From: the human T2T-CHM13v2.0 reference genome, Homo sapiens
Length of the DNA: 64,000 nucleotides
Strand: one strand, 5' to 3'
Assembly: GCF_009914755.1 (NCBI RefSeq)
Contig: NC_060943.1
Both the position numbers and the translations under genes were made by a program. Shown here piece after piece: positions 58,399 to 64,000 of the stretch; positions within the stretch are counted from its first letter, which is position 1, and every line of letters starts with the position of its first letter. Under the pieces are notes generated by a model. It was not told where the DNA came from and made no database searches. It was given only the letters and a program-made list of their open reading frames with translations.

Positions 58399-60241
58399 GC
58401 CTAGGTGGTCTTTGGGGGTCCATCTAGCTCAGATGTTCACATAATTGGGAGATTAACTGAAAAGCAAGAACCATGTGAACTGTTGGGGAAGATCTGCTAT
58501 ACCTGCTTGGTGAGCTTGGCTGGACGCATGGCGGGTTTCCCCTCCAGGTCCCCTGTTCTTGTTCAGCATTTGTCATATGGTCGCCCAGCTGCATCTTTTG
58601 GGAATCAGTTTACACCTGTTCCAGCATATACAAAAAATAGCCAAGCGTGGTGGCTCGTGCCTGTAATCCCAGCTACATAGAAGGCTGAGGCAAGAGAATC
58701 ACTTGAACCCAGGAGACGGAGGTTGCACTGAGCTGAGATCGCACCATTGCGCTCCAGCCTGGGTGACAGAGTGAGACCTCCGTCTCAAAAAAAAAAAAAA
58801 AAAGATGTACCAGTGGAGAATTGTGTAGATGCCAATTTCTCCACTTACAGCTCTCGAAATAGCCTTGAATTTTGGGTAATTATTCCCCCCAAATAATTCC
58901 CCCCAAAACTCAAATAGCCTTGAGTTTTGGTAATTATTCCCCCCAAATTATTCTTCTAAGTCTTAACTGTGGCTAAATAATAAGTCTTTTTTAGTAGTAG
59001 TAGTAGTATTGTGGCTAAATAATGTCTTTATTATTATTATGGTAAAAATAGTATACACTAATGAAAAAATAAGTATTAGCAAGAGTATCAAATTTTTAAT
59101 GCAAACTTCCTCTCCCTTGACTCAGTTCTTAGTCATTCTTCTCAGAGGTTAGCACTTCTAAGTGTCTTGTATATCTTTCCAGAAATTTCCTCTGCATGTG
59201 TAACAAATACTTTTTACAAAGCGACACACGGCATCCTATTTGTTCTGCCCCTTGGGTTTTTGGGGTTTTTCCTTGTTTTTTTTTGTTTGTTTGTTTTATT
59301 TCAGGTATGCCTGTCCCTAACAGCAGCCCAGAGCCAGCCCATAGTATCTGATCGCTGCGGGCTGATTTGTTCAGATGCACCATGACTTGTCCATCTCACC
59401 CACACTTTAGGTCTTTGGGGGTGTCTTTGCATCCAGGTCCTGTGGTGGCAGGGGAAGGCGGAGTACGATGGAGGTGACCGCAGTGGCACAGAACGTTGTA
59501 GGGCCTCTCCAGCTCTGCCCACGTCCTGCAGAAAAGCTGCGGTCTGTCCATCGTCCCCTGCCTGTCCAGCCTTCCAGTATGTTCATAGTAGACTGTTGCA
59601 GAACAGTTCTTTGTAAATGTCATTGGCACCCTGTAGGCACCCTGCTCGGGACAAGCATCCTCGACCTGTTAGCCGATGGCTGGAGCCTGGGAGGCAGGCC
59701 CCGAACCAGCCACGAGCCCCACTCTGCTCCCAGCAAGTGACGACATCATCCCCCAGAAACGTTTTGTCATTCATAGAAAAGACTTCAAAACCGGCCCCAA
59801 GGCCCCCACCAGTGCCCTGGCAAACATCAGCCACTTCCCCTTGCTGCCTGTTTCTCTGTCCACTGCACCTTGTGTTTCTGTGGTGCTGGCATGCACACGG
59901 CGAGATGCCCCACCAGTGGGCCGCCACATGAGCCCCCGCACGGGAAGACCCAACTCAGCTGTCTCCCTCCTGAAACCCCCAGCCCTTCTCCCTCCCTTAT
60001 CCATAAAGGCCTCACAGGAGCTTTCTCCCAGCCTGGCAGTGTTAGTCTGTGATGATTCGGTTACCTTGGAATGTGAGCATCTTGCTGGAGTCACCTCACG
60101 CATGGACGGAGCATCTGGCCTGGTGCCCGTGGCCACCATTGCCCACCGGGCTGTGGGCTGAGCTGGAAGCAGCTCTGCATGCTCAGGTGCATGGGTCCAG
60201 CCACGTCTCCGGTGCTGACCACCTCCCACATGTGTCCTTAG

Positions 60242-60364
60242 TTCACAGGAAACGGGCCGTGCGAGATGCACAGCGTGCAGAAGAACGAGCACGACAAGAC
60301 CCCGGAGCACAGCAGGAAGCGCTCCCGGCCCTCGCTCCTCCGCCCCGTGTCTGCACCCGCCAAG
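60242..60364 (+). CDS. SIN3B: SIN3B exon 6 ([41 protein letters not shown])
   Basis: gtccttag| acceptor and AAG|gtacct donor. 123 nt, in frame. Confidence 0.9.
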
Positions 60365-61194
60365 GTACCTGTGAGCCACATGCAGCCATGCCTGCACGCG
60401 GGGCCCCCAGCAAATCGGGCCTTCCCAGCATGTGACCAGGGAACAGAGGCCCCAGCAGGGGTTCGGGGCTGGACCGGGGGCTGTGTGAGGTTCACCGGCA
60501 GTGGGACCGTTGGAAGTCAGCTCTCCTCTAAGGTGGCTGTTCTTCCGTTCTCCCTGTCCTGTGAGATTGTTTTGAAAAGGAGGAGGAGGAAGGAGTGTTA
60601 ACCCTGCCCTAGGTCCCAAGAAACAGGGTGTACCACCCAGTCTCCTTTTCACCCTCAGGACTCTCTCACAGGCAAGGCCGCCATGTACGTTTGTTCAGGT
60701 TGGTCACTGCACAGCTGAGGGCAGAGAGGGGCTGGGATCCAGCTCCTGTCACGCCTTTCACCTGCAATGGTGGTTTTCCGATTCCATTATTCCTTGTGCA
60801 GTTACTACTTGGCTTTCTACTATTGGTGGGAACTTTGTCGTCCTCCCATTTATTTAGTTATGTATATTAGATATGGACTCTGGGTTATAATCCATTCTAG
60901 TGTTGATGTCCATACTGTTCCAGATTGGGCCAGCGGGGTCCCTTTGGCTCTTGTGTCCTTTTTTTCTTTCCTTTGAGACAGAGTCTCGCTCTGTCACCCA
61001 GGCTGGAGTGCAGTGGCGCGATCTCGGCTCACTGCAAGCTCCGCCTCCCGGGTTCACGCCATTGTCCTGCCTCAGCCTTCCTGTGTCCTTTTGGCATGTC
61101 CTCATCATTCTTTCTCCTGTGGGGGGATGGGGTTTCACTCTGCCACCTAGGCTGGAGTGCAGTGGCACAGTCAGCCTTGACCTCTGGGCTCTAG

Positions 61195-61404
<210 letters not shown>

Positions 61405-61898
61405 TAGTTCTGGATGGACAGTGTTGTCCTTCTTGCCATGATCGTGCATCCAAGTTCAGGTCCAAGTCCAGCTTAGAGACAAAAGCCTGCAGAGACTCAA
61501 CATTTGGCTTCTCCAGGGTCTTCCCAGTGCCACCCTCTTCCTGTCCGCTTCTTGTTGCTGTCTTGGCTCTCAGGACAAAACAGGGAAAGGATTCTGAGAT
61601 TGTCGTAGCCAGGGGCACATCCCCCTTGCCTTTCTGATGCTGTGGCACTCTTGCCTGTTACCCAAAGCCCTACCCTGCTGAGATGGAGATCCCAGATTTG
61701 GCAGTGGCAGGTATCCCCAGAGGTGTCATCTCAGGGGTCCTGGGTAACTGAGCGGCTCCTGCCTGTCCCTCACTGAGCATCTCATGGCAGTTCCCAAAGG
61801 AGAGCACGGTCTTAGCCTTCTTGAGACTCTGTGACAGCGATGGACAGAGGCCACCGGTGGGAGGCACAGTGTTAACTGCATAGAATTTCTCCCCACAG

Positions 61899-61988
61899 AA
61901 AAAAATGAAACTTCGTGGTACCAAAGACCTGTCCATCGCTGCAGTGGGGAAGTACGGGACTCTGCAGGAATTTTCTTTCTTTGACAAG
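61899..61988 (+). CDS. SIN3B: SIN3B exon 7 ([30 protein letters not shown])
   Basis: ccccacag| acceptor and AAG|gtgagg donor. 90 nt, start of PAH3. Confidence 0.94.
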
Positions 61989-62331
61989 GTGAGGGTGGGC
62001 CCTGGCTTCCATCTTGGGGATGCCATGTCCAGCTGGCTGGGCCAATGCTCCCTGGGCCTGCCCCAGGATTGGGGCGGGGAGCAGGTAGGGTGGGTGCAGT
62101 CTGAGGATGGATCCGGCGGGGCTGGCCCCCAGCTTTCACTGCGGAAGGGAATGTGGGCCTCCTTGGAGCCCAGGCATATACTGTGGGCAGGAGTCCCAGT
62201 GGGTGCTGAGACTCCAAGCAGAGTATGAAGACATACATGTCTGCCACCCTGCAGCTGTGTGGCTTTTTCTTATATCAGGGATGATTGTAGGGTTCCCGCC
62301 CAGGGTCTGTGGGCAGAGCAGACAAGGTGGC

Positions 62332-62848
62332 CGTGTGCATGGGCTGTGAATTGCTGCATGGATTGCATGCACAGACTGTGAATTGCTGCATGGATCACGT
62401 GCACGGGCTGTGTGAATTGCTGCATGGACACATGCATGGACTGTGTGAATTGCTGCACAGATGGCATGCATGGGCTGTGAATTGCTGCATGGATTGCGTG
62501 CATGGGCTGTGTGAATTGCTGCACGGATCGCGTGCACGGGCTGCGTGAATTGCACGGATCACATGCACGAACTGAATTGCTGCATGGACGCGTGCAGGGG
62601 CTGTGTGAATTGCACGGATCGCATGCACAAACTGTGAATTGCTGCATGGACGCGTGCAGGGACTGTGTGAATTGCTGCACAGATGGCGTGCATGGGCTGT
62701 GAATTGCTGCATGGATCACGTGCCTGTGCTGTGTGAATTGCTACACAGATTATGTGCACGGGCTGTGAATTGCTGCATGGATCACCTGCACAGGCCGTGA
62801 ATTGGTGCATGGATTGCGTGCATGGGCTGTGTGAATTGCAGCACAGAT
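62332..62848 (+). repeat. Minisatellite, about 16 units of 30-34 bp (GGGCTGTGTGAATTGCTGCATGGATCGCGTGCAT) in SIN3B intron 7
   Basis: TGAATTG recurs about every 32 nt. Confidence 0.95.
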
Positions 62849-62972
62849 ATCATTTACTTATAGACACAGTTGGTTCCCATATCGCACACCCATGTGGCTG
62901 ACCTACAAGTGAGCCAGGCCCAGAGGCTGAGGAGCAGGGGTTCACAGTGGTCCCTGACTGCTCTCTCTGCAG

Positions 62973-63091
62973 GTCCGCCGGGTGCTGAAGAGCCAGGAGG
63001 TGTATGAAAACTTCCTCCGCTGCATCGCACTCTTCAACCAGGAGCTGGTGTCTGGCTCTGAGCTCCTGCAGCTCGTCAGCCCATTTCTGGG
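62973..63091 (+). CDS. SIN3B: SIN3B exon 8, PAH3 ([40 protein letters not shown]); gene continues past the window
   Basis: ctctctctgcag| acceptor and GGG|gtgagc donor. 119 nt, phase 0/2. Confidence 0.95.
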
Positions 63092-63331
63092 GTGAGCAGC
63101 TGACTTCCCAGGGCTCCCTAGGGGGGTTCTGTTCCTGTCAACTCCATCTACTTGGTTTTTAGTTACTGTTTTTGAGCAATGATTGTGCTTTTCTAAAATC
63201 CTGTTTATTAATTGACGTGATTGATATAATTATTGATTCCCATGCATTTGTAAGGAGCAATACACCACCTGGGTACCCTCCAGCTGGTTCCTTTACCAGT
63301 AACATCTGTAGTCAGTATCCTCACCAGAATA

Positions 63332-63911
63332 CAGTGGGTCCTCGAGTAATGCCTTTTCATTTAACACTGTTTTAACACCGATGAGAAAAGAAGACATTCA
63401 TTTCTGGTCTGAGTGGAGTTTGCACGTTCTCCCCATGTCTGCGTGGATTTTCTCCCACATCCCAAAGATGTGCATGTTAGGTTAAGTCTAGGTTAAGCGG
63501 TGAGTCTCCGTGGTCCCAGCCTGAGTGAGTGTGGCGGGGTGAGCGCCCTGCAGTGGGGTGGCGTCCTGTCCAGGGTGGGTGCCCCACTGGTGCTCTGAGC
63601 TGCTGGGATAGGGTCCGGCCACCCAAGATCCTGAACTGGAATAATTGGGTAAATTGTTATTTTACTTGTTTTTACTCATCTTTCTTATCTGTATGTGTGG
63701 CTTGCATTTATTTCAGTGTTTAATATTAGAAGTGTTTTGGTCTCTCTTTAGAAATTTGGTGATTGTTTTGTGACCAAAAATACGCCGTAGGAACGTCATT
63801 CTTGTTTATGTGTCAATTAGCTTGTGGCAAAATTGGTTTTGTTACACATCTTTTCAACTTAAAGACACAGCTTTCTAACACCTGTTGATGATGTTGAGTG
63901 AGGACTTACTG
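63332..63911 (+). mobile_element. MER6A-like TcMar-Tigger element with TA TSD
   Basis: TA|CAGTGGGTCCTCGAGTAA...GTGGAGTTTGCACGTTCTCCCCATGTCTGCGTGG...GAGGACTTACTG|TA. Confidence 0.8.
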
Positions 63912-64000
63912 TACTGACTCTCACACAACCCCCGTTCTTTCCAGACTCTCCGTGTTCCTCATACACGTCTGGTGTGTGTGTTTTTATACAGCTTTCTCAC

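Noticed and set aside
60235-60250. Alternative CAG acceptor 7 nt inside SIN3B exon 6
   Set aside because: It is frameshifting and there is no evidence of use. The proximal TAG gives the recognised protein.
59771-60652. 293-aa antisense ORF over SIN3B exon 6
   Set aside because: No recognisable domain, low-complexity G/R/P/A composition expected in GC-rich DNA, and no promoter or poly(A) support.
62136-62810. Repetitive ORFs in many frames and a superficially CRISPR-like periodic array
   Set aside because: The units are degenerate copies of each other with no unique spacers, there are no cas genes, and the context is a eukaryotic intron. It is a minisatellite.

Overview
Primate (very probably human, chr19p13.11) genomic DNA, GC- and Alu-rich. 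It holds the last seven coding exons and 3' UTR of NWD1 (WD40-repeat C-terminus, + strand, 169 to about 26780). An intergenic block of about 11 kb follows, with three co-oriented MER41 ERV1 LTRs. Then come the CpG-island promoter and exons 1-8 of SIN3B (PAH1-PAH3, + strand, from 38266). All 15 exons were joined by hand at GT-AG sites and give continuous frames. Most other ORFs in the track are Alu or microsatellite artefacts. I found no novel protein-coding system. The best leads are regulatory. (1) A SIN3B intron-7 minisatellite is a dense sense-strand array of RBFOX motifs. (2) An Alu sits 25 nt from the acceptor of the NWD1 penultimate exon; skipping that exon escapes NMD and removes a C-terminal CaaX-like motif. 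(3) A MER41B keeps tandem STAT GAS sites 7 kb upstream of SIN3B. (4) There are tailless U2 and tRNA-Lys retrocopies, an Alu-split MADE1 in the NWD1 3' UTR, an Alu-Alu gene-conversion tract and template-switch hairpins. Repeat family calls come from remembered consensus sequences, and their ends are approximate.
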